From the NCBI GenBank assembly GCA_963845535.1, contig CAWJSK010000001.1, positions 192,001 through 256,000 of the forward strand: 64,000 nt of DNA, in the 5' to 3' direction. Of the stretch, positions 17,821 through 28,044 are shown in pieces (positions within the stretch are counted from its first letter, which is position 1; the number at the start of each line of letters is the position of its first letter). Below the pieces are notes generated by a model. The model made no database searches. It worked only from the letters and a program-made list of their open reading frames with translations, and was not told the origin of the DNA. The stretch comes from an uncultured Spirochaetota bacterium. GTDB lineage: Bacteria > Spirochaetota > Spirochaetia > SZUA-6 > Fen-1364. Both the position numbers and the translations under genes were made by a program.

Positions 17821-20090
17821 GGAAGCCCGAGTTGCTGGCGCCCGGCGGAGGCTTTGCCGCCGCGTACCAGGCATTCGAGGCCGGAGCGGATGGGGTGTAC
17901 CTCGGGCTCAGCGAGTTCTCCGCCCGGAGAGCCGCCACGAACTTCACCCTCGAGCAGCTGCGGCGCATCCTGGGCCTGGCGCGGCTGCGCGGCCGCAAGG
18001 TTTACGTGACGCTGAACACGGTCGTACGTGAGGAGGAGATGCCGCGCGTGGCGACGTTGTGCGCCTGGCTGGAATCTCTCGGAGTGGACGGGGTCATCGT
18101 GCAGGACCTCGGCGTCTCCGCGCTCCTTCGCCGCGGTTTCCCGGGGCTCGCCGTTCACGCCTCCACGCAGATGGCCATCCACAATGACAGCGGGTTGCGG
18201 TTTGCGCGGGAAGCGGGGATCCGCCGCGTCATCCTTTCCCGCGAGCTGACCCTGGACCGAATTCGCGAGCTTCGCGCCAATCATCCCGACATCGAGCTGG
18301 AAGTCTTCATCCATGGCGCCCTCTGCTACAGCTTCTCCGGCGTCTGCCTTGCCTCCTGGGCGTTGACGGGGAGGTCGGGCAACAGGGGCGACTGCGCGCA
18401 GGTGTGCCGCAGCGTGTTCTGTTCCGGGCAGGAGAGGGATTCGACCCCCTTTTCCTGCCGCGACCTTTCCCTGGGAGCGGAAGTCCTGAAGCTCGCCGAG
18501 ATCGGGATCGACTCCCTGAAAATCGAGGGGAGGATGAAATCACCCGAGTACGTGTTCCACGTAACACGGCTGTATCGGGAGATCCTCGACAAAGGCGCCG
18601 CTCTTTCAGAAGCCGCGTTGGGAGAGCTTCAGCGAAACGCGGAGGCGACATTCTCCCGGGAGAAGACCTCGGCGTATTTCCATTCCCCCCGGGCCAAGGA
18701 TCTCCTCACGAAGGGATACCCAGGCCACAGGGGAATCCCCCTGGGAACCGTCACACAGACGCGCGGCAGGGAGATCGGACTGCGCCTGCAGTCCCGGGTC
18801 TCACTGCACGACGGGGCGGGGTTCTGGCAGCCCGCGTCTTCCGAGCCCGTCATTTTTCCCGTCATGATGCTGCGACGCGGGGCAAGGCCCGTGCGGTATG
18901 CGCAAGCCGGGGAAGCGGTGTTCATCACGGCGGATGGGGAGACACCGTTGCCGCCGCTCGGGACGCGGATGCGGCTGTTCTCCTCACGGTTTCTGGACCG
19001 GCCCCTGCCGAAGGAAGCGGGCTTTACGCCCATCAAGGTTTCCCTGCGCCTGGAGGCGACCCTCACGCAGAAGGAAGGCATCGGCGTCCTTGCCTGCAGC
19101 GTCGGGGATAGGGGAGAGCCGTTCGCGTTCAGCGCATCACTCACGCTCGTGGATTCCACGGGTGGCAAGTCGTTCGAAGGGGTCCTCAGGAAGCTTTTGG
19201 GGGAATCAGGGGATTCGCCGGTGAGAATCGCGGAGTTGTCTTTTTCGAACGAGACAGGGCGGGCAGACAATGAGATATTCGTTCAGCCGTCTGAGCTGAA
19301 GAAGGCAAGAAACGAGATCCTTGCCGCGTTGGAGAAATGGTTTCTGTCAAGCTTGGAGCGCAGAGTACAGCGCGCGCTCCTCTCCACCGCCCGGAACGCA
19401 GGCGCCTTTGCGCCGGCGGACCTCGCGGCGCTTTCCCGTCGCGAGATGCTGTCACCCCCTGCAACGCAGCCGGTGCCTTTCGCTTCCCTCGAGGCCGTTC
19501 GAAAAGGCCCCGCGGCTTTTGCCTCACGCGGCGGCCTCGTGTTCGTTCCGCTCCCGCCCGTCATGCTGGATGACGAGGCATGGATCGAGTCGCTTCAAAC
19601 GCTCTGCGCCGCGCACCGGGAAGCGCGTTTTGCAATCGGGCTCAACAATGTCGGGCAGCTCGTGGTTGCGGGCAGGCTTGCCGGGCAGGAGAACTGCTCC
19701 TTCTTCGTCGACTATTTCCTGTACGCAGCCAACCGCAGCGCCGTTTCCTTCCTGGCCGCCCGAGTAGCGCGGCTTCTCTTTCTCTACTCCTGGATCGAAG
19801 GCGGGGAGGAGACTCTCCGGCTCCTCGCTGCGCCCGAGGCCGTGCGGATCGCGGAGGGCTACCGCCCGCCGCTTTTCTACAGCCTCGGGTGCTATCAGCG
19901 CCACGCCCTGGGCGGAGGAAAATGCGGCAGGGAATGCGGCAAGGATTTCGTGTATGAGCTGCGGCAAGGGAAGAACCGGTTCGACGTTGTCGTGAAGGAC
20001 TGCGTCACCTACCTGTTCCAGAAGCCAAAGGAGGATCGTGAAGGGCCGCCAGCGCAAGGTCATGAGTCGTCCTCCATTTCCGCCCTGTAG
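17817..20090 (+). CDS. Peptidase U32 family protein (RlhA/TrhP-like RNA hydroxylation)
   Basis: PELLAPGG, GADGVYLG, HASTQ, EVFIHGALCYSFSGVC...SGNRGDCAQVCR, SLKIEGRMKSPEYV. Confidence 0.9.
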   Translation: MRKPELLAPGGGFAAAYQAFEAGADGVYLGLSEFSARRAATNFTLEQLRRILGLARLRGRKVYVTLNTVVREEEMPRVATLCAWLESLGVDGVIVQDLGVSALLRRGFPGLAVHASTQMAIHNDSGLRFAREAGIRRVILSRELTLDRIRELRANHPDIELEVFIHGALCYSFSGVCLASWALTGRSGNRGDCAQVCRSVFCSGQERDSTPFSCRDLSLGAEVLKLAEIGIDSLKIEGRMKSPEYVFHVTRLYREILDKGAALSEAALGELQRNAEATFSREKTSAYFHSPRAKDLLTKGYPGHRGIPLGTVTQTRGREIGLRLQSRVSLHDGAGFWQPASSEPVIFPVMMLRRGARPVRYAQAGEAVFITADGETPLPPLGTRMRLFSSRFLDRPLPKEAGFTPIKVSLRLEATLTQKEGIGVLACSVGDRGEPFAFSASLTLVDSTGGKSFEGVLRKLLGESGDSPVRIAELSFSNETGRADNEIFVQPSELKKARNEILAALEKWFLSSLERRVQRALLSTARNAGAFAPADLAALSRREMLSPPATQPVPFASLEAVRKGPAAFASRGGLVFVPLPPVMLDDEAWIESLQTLCAAHREARFAIGLNNVGQLVVAGRLAGQENCSFFVDYFLYAANRSAVSFLAARVARLLFLYSWIEGGEETLRLLAAPEAVRIAEGYRPPLFYSLGCYQRHALGGGKCGRECGKDFVYELRQGKNRFDVVVKDCVTYLFQKPKEDREGPPAQGHESSSISAL

Positions 20091-22483
20091 GTGGCCAGGA
20101 AGTAAAGCCCCAGGAGAGAATCGATTTCCCGAAGCTCCGCGCGGCTTTCGTCAGCCATGGCCGCGGCCGGACCGCGGAACACGTTCCTTGCCTCCACGGA
20201 AAACCAGAATCCCAGGCCGAGCCTGGCCCCCCGCAGGAACGCGAAACCAAGCGCTTCATCTTCATCGAAGTCCCGATCCGCAAGGAGGCGGCAAAAGCAG
20301 AGGAGCGAGCTGGAAAGGCCTTCGATGATGGACGCCGTATCCTCGCGCGCAACCGCCGCGTGCAGATTCCTGGCTGCGTGCGCCAAAGCCTGGCGTTTCT
20401 GCGCCCGCCGCGAAAACTCCGCTCTGCAGTGCGCAAAAAGCGTCTGCGGGTTCCTCTGGGCTTCCGCTTCAAGCCGTTCCAGGGCGACGCTTCGCGTCGG
20501 CTTGTCTCCCGTGACGATGGCGTAGAAGCTGTCGGCGTTCGCAGAGGGAGTCCCCAGCAGGTTGCTCAAGGCGATGGCCAACTGGCGCGCCAGCACCGGG
20601 CTCTCCCCGGCGTGCATGCGCGGAAAGATGTCCAGCGCCGCCTCGAATGAGCCCAGCCGTGAGAGCGCCTCGCTTGCCGCGGCGATCACGCGCGGGGGCC
20701 GTTCCGCCTCGAACAGCTCCAGGAGCGGCCTGCGAGCCTCACGCGCGCCCATTCTCCCCAAGGCCTGGCAGCAGGCCTCAGCCAGCTCTTCGGAGGGGCT
20801 GCCGACCTGCTCGATGAGCCACGGCACGGCGCGGGCATCCCCAATGCGGCCAAGGGACCGCGCCGCGTAGGCGCGTATGGTGGAGGCGCGCTCCCGCAGG
20901 TGGCGGATCAGCGGTTCCACCGCCTCCGCGGAACCGATTCGACCGAGCGCCCGCGCGGCTTCCTCCCGCACTTCGGCATCCGGGTCATCCAGGCGCCTGA
21001 TGATGTCCCGCACCGCGATGGCCCCGGATGCCTTCTCCACGGCGCGCAGGGCCCGCGCCACCTTCCCAGACGCCTCCCCCCTGCCGAGGACATTGATCGC
21101 CATGAATGTACGGAAGATCGTGGGCGTGATGAGCGCCGAAAGCAGGAATCCCACCGGTTTTTCCCTGCCTTCCCGAATGCGAGCCAGGAACAGGATGCTT
21201 GCCAGGCAGAGGACGAAGCACACCATGATCAACACCTGGAACCCGCCGACAGGGAACCTGCCTGCCAGCGAAGCGTGGAAACCGGAAAGAAGATCGCCCA
21301 GGGTGCCGCCGCACAAAGCCCCCGCTGCGGACATCACGCCCGTGATGGCCGCGTACCAGGCCACGTACGCCGTGCGGTTTTTCTGCGGCGTGAGCGTCAA
21401 CATGAGCTGGCCCGAACCATCGAGGATCGCGAAGCTCAGGAGACCCTGGATGAGCGCCGTGACGGGCAGGATATAGATGTAGTTTCCGGGGCTCAGGATC
21501 AGGTAGATGATCCAGGAGAGAGGGTACATGCTGCCCAGGAGGACAACGGGCTTTCTCCCCAGCCTGTCCATGAGCACGCCCCAGAACATGGCGGTGGCCA
21601 CGTAGGAGAGCTGCGTGAGGATCATCATGATCCCCAGCCACGTGTTGGGCGCCCCGATTCCGTCATTCGCCGTTATGTACGGCGCGACGAACGGACCGAG
21701 GACGTTGACGGAGAAAAGCCAAAGCGCAATGGCAAACGCGAAGCCGACGAAATTCCTGTCCGCGAGCGGCTGGATGAAGTCAGCCGCGCGAAACTGCGGT
21801 TTTGGCTCACTCGGCGCGGGCTCCGGTATGAAGATGTAGAAAAGGCTCTCCGCAAGGCCGGCCAACCCCGAGACTGAGAAGATGGCGAAATACGCCCAGA
21901 AAATCCCCGCATTCTTGAACACGTCCAGAAGGACCACGGCCGCCAGAAACCAGACCATCGTGGCGGTGTTGAGCACCGCGGAACGGCGTCCGAAAAACGT
22001 GGCGCGCGTTTCTTCGGGGACGAGCTCGGACATCCACCGCCACCATCCCGAGACGCCCAGGTTCATGAACATCCAGCTTGCCGCAATGCCAACAAGCACC
22101 GCCTGGGCAGCCACCGTCTTTTCCCCGCCTCGCGCGACGGCCAGCGCGGCCAGGGCGGGGGCGAAGCCCAGCACGCGATGGACGCTCGTCACGATGATCC
22201 AGAACGGCTTGATCCGCGCGAGCCGGCCGAAGATCAGGATGGAGAGGAGGTTGAGCACGGAGGCGAGCTGCGTGGATGCCACAAGGAGGCCCAGGGAGCC
22301 GTCGGAAGCGCCGAGCTGGTTCTTGAAGAAGACGTTCATGAGGGTGCCCGGGGCAATCACGGTGATCCAGAGGATCCCTGAGGAACCGAGCACGATGTTC
22401 AGGTTCAAGGCTCGCCGCACCCGCGCGGGGGTGAGCGCGGCGGGCGCTGCGGAGGGGCTATCCGCGGTGCGCTGCGGTGTCAC
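20060..22483 (-). CDS. MFS transporter fused to HEAT-repeat domain
   Basis: About 12 hydrophobic segments with WGVLMDRLGRKPV (motif A), followed by LDDPDAEVREEAARALGRIG-type HEAT repeats. Confidence 0.85.
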   Translation of the reverse strand: MTPQRTADSPSAAPAALTPARVRRALNLNIVLGSSGILWITVIAPGTLMNVFFKNQLGASDGSLGLLVASTQLASVLNLLSILIFGRLARIKPFWIIVTSVHRVLGFAPALAALAVARGGEKTVAAQAVLVGIAASWMFMNLGVSGWWRWMSELVPEETRATFFGRRSAVLNTATMVWFLAAVVLLDVFKNAGIFWAYFAIFSVSGLAGLAESLFYIFIPEPAPSEPKPQFRAADFIQPLADRNFVGFAFAIALWLFSVNVLGPFVAPYITANDGIGAPNTWLGIMMILTQLSYVATAMFWGVLMDRLGRKPVVLLGSMYPLSWIIYLILSPGNYIYILPVTALIQGLLSFAILDGSGQLMLTLTPQKNRTAYVAWYAAITGVMSAAGALCGGTLGDLLSGFHASLAGRFPVGGFQVLIMVCFVLCLASILFLARIREGREKPVGFLLSALITPTIFRTFMAINVLGRGEASGKVARALRAVEKASGAIAVRDIIRRLDDPDAEVREEAARALGRIGSAEAVEPLIRHLRERASTIRAYAARSLGRIGDARAVPWLIEQVGSPSEELAEACCQALGRMGAREARRPLLELFEAERPPRVIAAASEALSRLGSFEAALDIFPRMHAGESPVLARQLAIALSNLLGTPSANADSFYAIVTGDKPTRSVALERLEAEAQRNPQTLFAHCRAEFSRRAQKRQALAHAARNLHAAVAREDTASIIEGLSSSLLCFCRLLADRDFDEDEALGFAFLRGARLGLGFWFSVEARNVFRGPAAAMADESRAELREIDSLLGLYFLATYRAEMEDDS

Positions 22484-22498
22484 GAGAAATCCCTCGGC

Positions 22499-24160
22499 TC
22501 AGTTTCCGGATCCGGCCAGCCTGGTTGCGTTGTTCACACGGGCCCTGATATCCGCGTCCTCGGGAGACAGCTCCTGCGCGTGCTTCAGGTAGGCAAGCGC
22601 CTTGCGGTATTCACCGCCGCCGCTCAAGGTGTCGGCGATTGCAAGGAGCGTTTCCAGGTCATCCGGGTTCTCCCGCAGCGCCGCGCGAAGGTCGGCAAGC
22701 CCGGCCTCCGGCGCGTCGCCGGCCTGGTGCGACGCCTGCGCCCGCAGGAAAAAGAGCGACGCGCGGACCGCGGGGGTTTTCACGTTTTGCAGGTCGGAGG
22801 TGGCCAGGTCTGCCGCTTCCCGCGACCGGTTTGCCGCCAAAAGCGTCCTCACGTGATAGAGGAGCGCTTCATCCCCGCCGCGTCTTTTTTCCAGCGTTTG
22901 GGCGATGGTGAGGGCTTGCTCATAGTCGGCGAGGTTCATGGCGATCTGCCACGCCACCTGGAGCGTCTCGACGTCCCTGTCCTGCTCGGGCACGCGCTGC
23001 AGATACCCCTCCGCCTCCTGCCAGCGTCCGGCCCGGGCCGCGGCGCCCGCAAGGAGCGCCAGCGTGCTGACCCTGTTCGGATCAAGTGTCAGCGCACGGG
23101 CAAGCGCCGCTTCGCCTTCCGCGCTGTTTCCACGGGAAAGCAGTATCCTGCCGCGAAGCTCCGGGAACGCGGCGTCCTCCGGGAACTTCGGCTCGGCCTC
23201 GGAGAGGATCTTCATTGCCCCGTCGGGGTTGCCGGCCTTCTCGAAGAGGACGGTCGCTTTCCGCGCAAGCGCGTCAGCGTTCGTCGGAGCGACCGTGAGC
23301 AGGGCATCCAGCATGTACAGCTCCTGGTACCAGTCCCCCATTGCATCGAATGCGCTTGCGCGAAGGAGGAGAAGGTCGGGGGTGCCGGGCGCCAGGAGAA
23401 GAGCGCGGGCGGCGGCGTCCGCAGCCAGTTGCGGCTGCCCTGCTGCCAGGAGGATGCGCGCGGTTTCGGTTTGTTGGGCAAGCGGGGTCGGAAGCTCGCC
23501 GGCATATTTCGTGAGCAGCGCAAGGTCGGAGGCCGCCGTCCCCTGGGCAATCGCGGTTTCGATCACGCCGAGCTTGGCGGGATAGAACGCGCGATCACGG
23601 CGCAGGCACTCCTCGTACAGCGGCCGTACGGAATCCGCCGGCTTGCCCTGCCGGCTCAGGAGAACGGCCCGCAGGTACGGGGGAAGAACCGAGTCGGGGT
23701 TGATGTTGTCCGCCGCGCTCAGGCCGCTTCCCATGTCGGAGGCATGGCTGTCATCAGGGACGGGGCCGGGGGAAAGAAGCGCGAGGGCCGGGCGGAGCTG
23801 CTGGAAGAACTGCGAGCCCGCCGGCGCGGCGTCAGCCAGAGATCCCGAGGAAGCAACCTGCCCTCCAGCCTCGTACGGGTTGGGCAGATCAGGATACAGG
23901 CTGCTCCAGAGGCGGCCGCCAAAAGTGGAAAGCTCAAGCGTTTCAGGCTCCCCCGTGAGATCCGCCATCGAAAGAATCTGGGTTGCCTTTGTCAGCGACT
24001 GCGCGGAGGCCGTCTCAGTGAGGCTTTCCGCAACGCGAAGGTTGGCCTGGATTCGTGAAAGCCGCTCCGCGGCCGATTCCTGATTCGGTCCGCTGGCGCA
24101 GCCGGCAAGCAGCGCGGTGGAAAGGACTGCAAGAGGCAACATTTTCAATGGCGTTTTCAT
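22499..24160 (-). CDS. TPR-repeat lipoprotein
   Basis: Lipobox LLAGC and multiple TPR-like units (ALTLDPNR, ALRENPDD, AQELSPED). Confidence 0.8.
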   Translation of the reverse strand: MKTPLKMLPLAVLSTALLAGCASGPNQESAAERLSRIQANLRVAESLTETASAQSLTKATQILSMADLTGEPETLELSTFGGRLWSSLYPDLPNPYEAGGQVASSGSLADAAPAGSQFFQQLRPALALLSPGPVPDDSHASDMGSGLSAADNINPDSVLPPYLRAVLLSRQGKPADSVRPLYEECLRRDRAFYPAKLGVIETAIAQGTAASDLALLTKYAGELPTPLAQQTETARILLAAGQPQLAADAAARALLLAPGTPDLLLLRASAFDAMGDWYQELYMLDALLTVAPTNADALARKATVLFEKAGNPDGAMKILSEAEPKFPEDAAFPELRGRILLSRGNSAEGEAALARALTLDPNRVSTLALLAGAAARAGRWQEAEGYLQRVPEQDRDVETLQVAWQIAMNLADYEQALTIAQTLEKRRGGDEALLYHVRTLLAANRSREAADLATSDLQNVKTPAVRASLFFLRAQASHQAGDAPEAGLADLRAALRENPDDLETLLAIADTLSGGGEYRKALAYLKHAQELSPEDADIRARVNNATRLAGSGN

Positions 24161-26199
24161 GGCATCTCCCGTGACGCGATTGACTGGCTGATCATCGGTC
24201 CGAGGGGAACTGTCGCCATGTAGTAGTCATTGGAGGCATTCCAGAGCGTGAAGCCCTGGGCGGCTCCCTGGAGCGCTCCCTGGACCTGGTCCACGAGGTA
24301 GGCGGTATAGACCTGCGGCGTGAAGCTCAGCTCTCCTCCAATGCGGAATGCCTGGACGTAGGGGCGGATGATGCTCCGGCCCTCGACGATGTATGCCGCC
24401 CTCCTGGTCCCTTCCTGGTAGATGTACTGGGCCCGGGGCAGGTATGCCATGGAGCCCAGGAAGTCCCGCGGGAAGTGCGAGGGGTAGAACATGGGCTGGA
24501 TGACGTCAACGTAGCGGGAATACATTTCGATGTTCTGCGCCACCCAGTTGGAGATCCGGGCCCAGCCGGCGTAGCCGTACACGTCCGTTGAGATGGGGAT
24601 GGTGAGGGACTCCCGCGCTTTGGCCAGAAACGACTCCAGGGCCTCGAGCTTCCCCATGCCCTCCCTGCGGTAGCGCCACGTGATGCGGCCCAGGTCGCCG
24701 TCGGAGGGGAAGCGGATATAGTCGAACTGCACTTCGTCCACGCCCCGGTCCTGCAGCTCCCGGGCAATGGCGATGTTGTAATCCCAGACGTACTCGGAGT
24801 AGGGGTCGACCCAGTATTCGCCCTGGTAATAGCTCTCCTCTCCCGTTTCCTCGTCCACGGTCTTTTTCAGGTAGCGCCAGGGCCCTTTCACCGTCTTGTC
24901 CCACGCCGCGTAGGCGTAGTTGTCCGCGTTGTACAGCTGCTTGTCGCGGAAAACGACGATGCGCCCAATGAGGTACAACCCGTTGGCGTGTGCAGCCTGG
25001 ACCAGGTCGTCGATGTTGAACCTCTTCTGCACCGCCCCGATGCTGCGCGGGATGGCAAGGCTCGTGTCATAGGTGAGGTAGCCGAAATCGTCCTTGAAAT
25101 CCACGACAAGGCTGTTCATTCCCTGGGCCTTCAGGAAATCGATGTGCTTCTGGAGGTACATGCCTGACGCCTGATGGGAGGAAACGTAGATGCCGTACTT
25201 GTCTGCCGCTATTGCCAGCCTCTGGGCCTTGTCCGGCGGGATGGACACGGCGGTGTCGATCTTTTCCGCCAGCGTCCACGCCGCGCTTGTCGGCGCGTAG
25301 TCCCACCGGGCATTGTCCGTGCGGCACTCCAGCCGCCATGCGCCGTCAGCGCCCTGCGCGGGGGATCGCAGAAAGTCGATGGCTCGAATGGGGGACCCCA
25401 CGGGTCCGGAGGAGAGGTCGATCTGGGTCACGTTTTTCGTCCCGCGCTTCAGCACGTACAGCCCCTTGCCGAAACCAAGGGCGAACCAGATCAGGGACGG
25501 ATCCGAAGGATCATAGGCGATGGATGCAATCTCCTCGTAGCTGCCGCCGCCGAGCTGGAGCGGGACGAGGGCCTCAGAGAGGGACTTCCAGTTCTTCCCG
25601 CCGTCCTCGGTCTCGAAGAATCCATGGAACGAGGTGCCCACAAGGACGCCGTTGGGGTTTCCCGGCGCCAGGGACAGGCACGTGAGCTGGTCATTGGAAT
25701 GAATGGGGTCCTTCAGGTCGACTTTCTCCCAGTCGGCTCCGCCGTCGCTGGAAAAGAACAGCGTGTCGAGGGTGGCGATGCCGATCCGGTTTTCGTTCAG
25801 CGGGTCGACGGACAAGTCAGTGATGATGGGCGGCTTGGCAACCGTGAATGGGTACACGGCCCGTTGCGGAAGGCCGGTGTTCCTTGCAATCCACGTCTTC
25901 CCTCCGTCCGGGGAGAAAAGCACCCCCAGGTCGAGAGAGACCCTCCAGACCGACGCCGAGGAAGTCCGATAAATCCTGTCAGGCGCGTATTGAGTCTCCA
26001 GGGAAAGGGGACGCGCCGGTTCGGCGGGCCCTGGCTGGGCGGGTCCTGGCTGGGCCGGCCCCGGGGGCGCTGCCCCTTCCGGGGCAGGGGGCTTGAGAGG
26101 CGCCGGAGACCACTCCTGGGCGCTGAGGAACGTGACGATCCCCGCCGATGACAGGAACATCACGGAGACCGCGACAATGAGGATGAGCCGCCTGCTCAT
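24157..26199 (-). CDS. Secreted putative glycoside hydrolase (DUF4015-like) with N-terminal BNR/Asp-box repeats
   Basis: Signal peptide, PGPAQ linker repeats, SPDGGKTW/SSDGGADW/TEDGGKNW, then NSLVVDFKDDFG, GRIVVFRD, WVDPY, GVDEVQFDYIRFP, PMFYPSH. Confidence 0.8.
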   Translation of the reverse strand: MSRRLILIVAVSVMFLSSAGIVTFLSAQEWSPAPLKPPAPEGAAPPGPAQPGPAQPGPAEPARPLSLETQYAPDRIYRTSSASVWRVSLDLGVLFSPDGGKTWIARNTGLPQRAVYPFTVAKPPIITDLSVDPLNENRIGIATLDTLFFSSDGGADWEKVDLKDPIHSNDQLTCLSLAPGNPNGVLVGTSFHGFFETEDGGKNWKSLSEALVPLQLGGGSYEEIASIAYDPSDPSLIWFALGFGKGLYVLKRGTKNVTQIDLSSGPVGSPIRAIDFLRSPAQGADGAWRLECRTDNARWDYAPTSAAWTLAEKIDTAVSIPPDKAQRLAIAADKYGIYVSSHQASGMYLQKHIDFLKAQGMNSLVVDFKDDFGYLTYDTSLAIPRSIGAVQKRFNIDDLVQAAHANGLYLIGRIVVFRDKQLYNADNYAYAAWDKTVKGPWRYLKKTVDEETGEESYYQGEYWVDPYSEYVWDYNIAIARELQDRGVDEVQFDYIRFPSDGDLGRITWRYRREGMGKLEALESFLAKARESLTIPISTDVYGYAGWARISNWVAQNIEMYSRYVDVIQPMFYPSHFPRDFLGSMAYLPRAQYIYQEGTRRAAYIVEGRSIIRPYVQAFRIGGELSFTPQVYTAYLVDQVQGALQGAAQGFTLWNASNDYYMATVPLGPMISQSIASREMP

Positions 26200-26750
26200 A
26201 CCTTACTACTCGGCCTGCGCGTGCTGAAAAATGAAATAATGAGCGCGATTCCGAGCACAACGAGGATCATGGGCCACCATTGCCTGACGAACGCGGCGAG
26301 CCCGCCTCCCTCCTCCCGGTGAAGGCTGAAGACGAGGAAAAACAGGGCAAGAAAGGAGATGAAGACCGCGGGCACAATAATGGCTGCCCTGGCGGAAGCT
26401 TTTTTGCGAAGCGCATAGGGGACGAGGGAAACCCCGGTGACCAGCATGAAAAGCGGCCATATCCTCTGGAGGTTTTCCCCCTCCAGCACCGTGTTGGAAA
26501 GGAGGAACACGAGCCCGCCGAGGGTGAGCACCATTCCGGGGATGATCCACGTGTCCGAGTGTTTCCGCGGCCAGGCCATATAGAGGAAAAAAAGACCGAT
26601 CACGAGCACCGCGATTGGCCACAGGCGTCCGGGCTGGGGGAGGTACCCGAGGTTCAACAGGAGAAGCACTCCGCCTACCACGACCCCCGCGACGCCAATG
26701 ACGAGAAACTTGTTCGGGTAGCGGGGTCTCTGATTTGCCGGTCTGCTCAT
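26196..26750 (-). CDS. LiaF/DUF5668-like membrane protein
   Basis: Repeated hydrophobic units ending in LWP/IWP/WWP. Confidence 0.7.
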   Translation of the reverse strand: MSRPANQRPRYPNKFLVIGVAGVVVGGVLLLLNLGYLPQPGRLWPIAVLVIGLFFLYMAWPRKHSDTWIIPGMVLTLGGLVFLLSNTVLEGENLQRIWPLFMLVTGVSLVPYALRKKASARAAIIVPAVFISFLALFFLVFSLHREEGGGLAAFVRQWWPMILVVLGIALIISFFSTRRPSSKV

Positions 26751-27964
26751 GAGCCGAGGTTCTCCGCGACCTTCGCCGCGAACGCCGAGGTGGAGACCTG
26801 CGTGGCGCCTTCCATGAGACGGGCGAAGTCATACGTCACGACCTTTTGCTCGATGGTGCGCGTCAGCCCTTTCTCGATGAGCGCGGCAGCCTCCCCCCAC
26901 CCGAGGTAGTCGAACATCATCTGCCCGGAGAGGATCACCGACGACGGGTTCGCCATGTCCTTGTTCGCGTATTTGGGCGCCGTACCGTGAGTGGCCTCGA
27001 ACACCGCGTGTCCCGTGACGTAGTTGATGTTGCCCCCGGGCGCGATCCCGATCCCTCCGACCTGGGCCGCAAGGGCGTCCGAGATATAATCCCCGTTGAG
27101 GTTGGTGGTTGCGATCACGTCGAGCTCCGCCGGCCGCGTGAGGATCTGCTGCAGGAAGTTGTCCGCAATGGCGTCCTTGACGAGCACTTTCCCCGGCGGC
27201 ACGGCCGGCGTCTCACCGCTTTCCTTCTGGAGCACGACTTTGTCCGCGAACTCCCGCGCGGCAAGCTCATAGCCCCATTCGCGGAAGGCCCCTTCGGTGA
27301 ACTTCTGGATGTTTCCCTTGTGCACGAGCGTGACGCTCTTCCTGCCGTGGGAAACCGCGTAGGCAAGAGCCGCGCGGATCAGGCGCTCCGAGCCCGTTCG
27401 GCTCACTGGCTTGATCCCGATGCCTGAATCCTCTCTGATCTTCCAGCCCAGGGTGTCCCGAAGGAAAGAAATGAGCTGACGGGCTTCCGGTGTCCCCTCC
27501 TTCACCTCGAAGCCGGCGTACACGTCCTCCGTATTCTCACGGAACACCACCATATCCACTCTTTCAGGGTGCAGCACGGGGGACGGGACACCGGGGTACC
27601 AGCGCACGGGACGGAGGCACACATACAGATCCAGCTTCTGGCGAAGAGCCACATTGAGGCTTCTGATGCCGCCTCCCACAGGCGTTGTAAGAGGTCCCTT
27701 GATGCCGATGAGGTGCTCTCGAAATGCCTCTTCGGTTTCCGCGGGGAGCCAGTTGCCCGTCTCACGGAAAGCCTTCTCTCCGGCAAGCACCGGCAGCCAC
27801 TCCACGCTTCGCCGGCCGGCGTACGCGCGCGCGACGGCTTCATCAAACACGCGCCGCGCCGCCCGCCAGATGTCGGGGCCCGTTCCGTCACCTTCGATGT
27901 ACGGGATGAGGGGATTGTCCGGGACCGAAAGACCAGATGACGACCGAGTGATTTTCGTTCCCAT
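26747..27964 (-). CDS. icd: NADP-dependent isocitrate dehydrogenase
   Basis: [67 protein letters not shown]. Confidence 0.97.
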   Translation of the reverse strand: MGTKITRSSSGLSVPDNPLIPYIEGDGTGPDIWRAARRVFDEAVARAYAGRRSVEWLPVLAGEKAFRETGNWLPAETEEAFREHLIGIKGPLTTPVGGGIRSLNVALRQKLDLYVCLRPVRWYPGVPSPVLHPERVDMVVFRENTEDVYAGFEVKEGTPEARQLISFLRDTLGWKIREDSGIGIKPVSRTGSERLIRAALAYAVSHGRKSVTLVHKGNIQKFTEGAFREWGYELAAREFADKVVLQKESGETPAVPPGKVLVKDAIADNFLQQILTRPAELDVIATTNLNGDYISDALAAQVGGIGIAPGGNINYVTGHAVFEATHGTAPKYANKDMANPSSVILSGQMMFDYLGWGEAAALIEKGLTRTIEQKVVTYDFARLMEGATQVSTSAFAAKVAENLGS

Positions 27965-28044
27965 TGGTGCCCCCGAGGCGACATACTACCAAAAAGCCAT
28001 CCGCCTTGCCAACCGGCGGCGTTCCTGCTACCATCCCGTTGGCA

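Noticed and set aside
26020..26070. 15-bp repeats as a CRISPR or mobile repeat
   Set aside because: They encode a PGPAQ linker within the hydrolase CDS.
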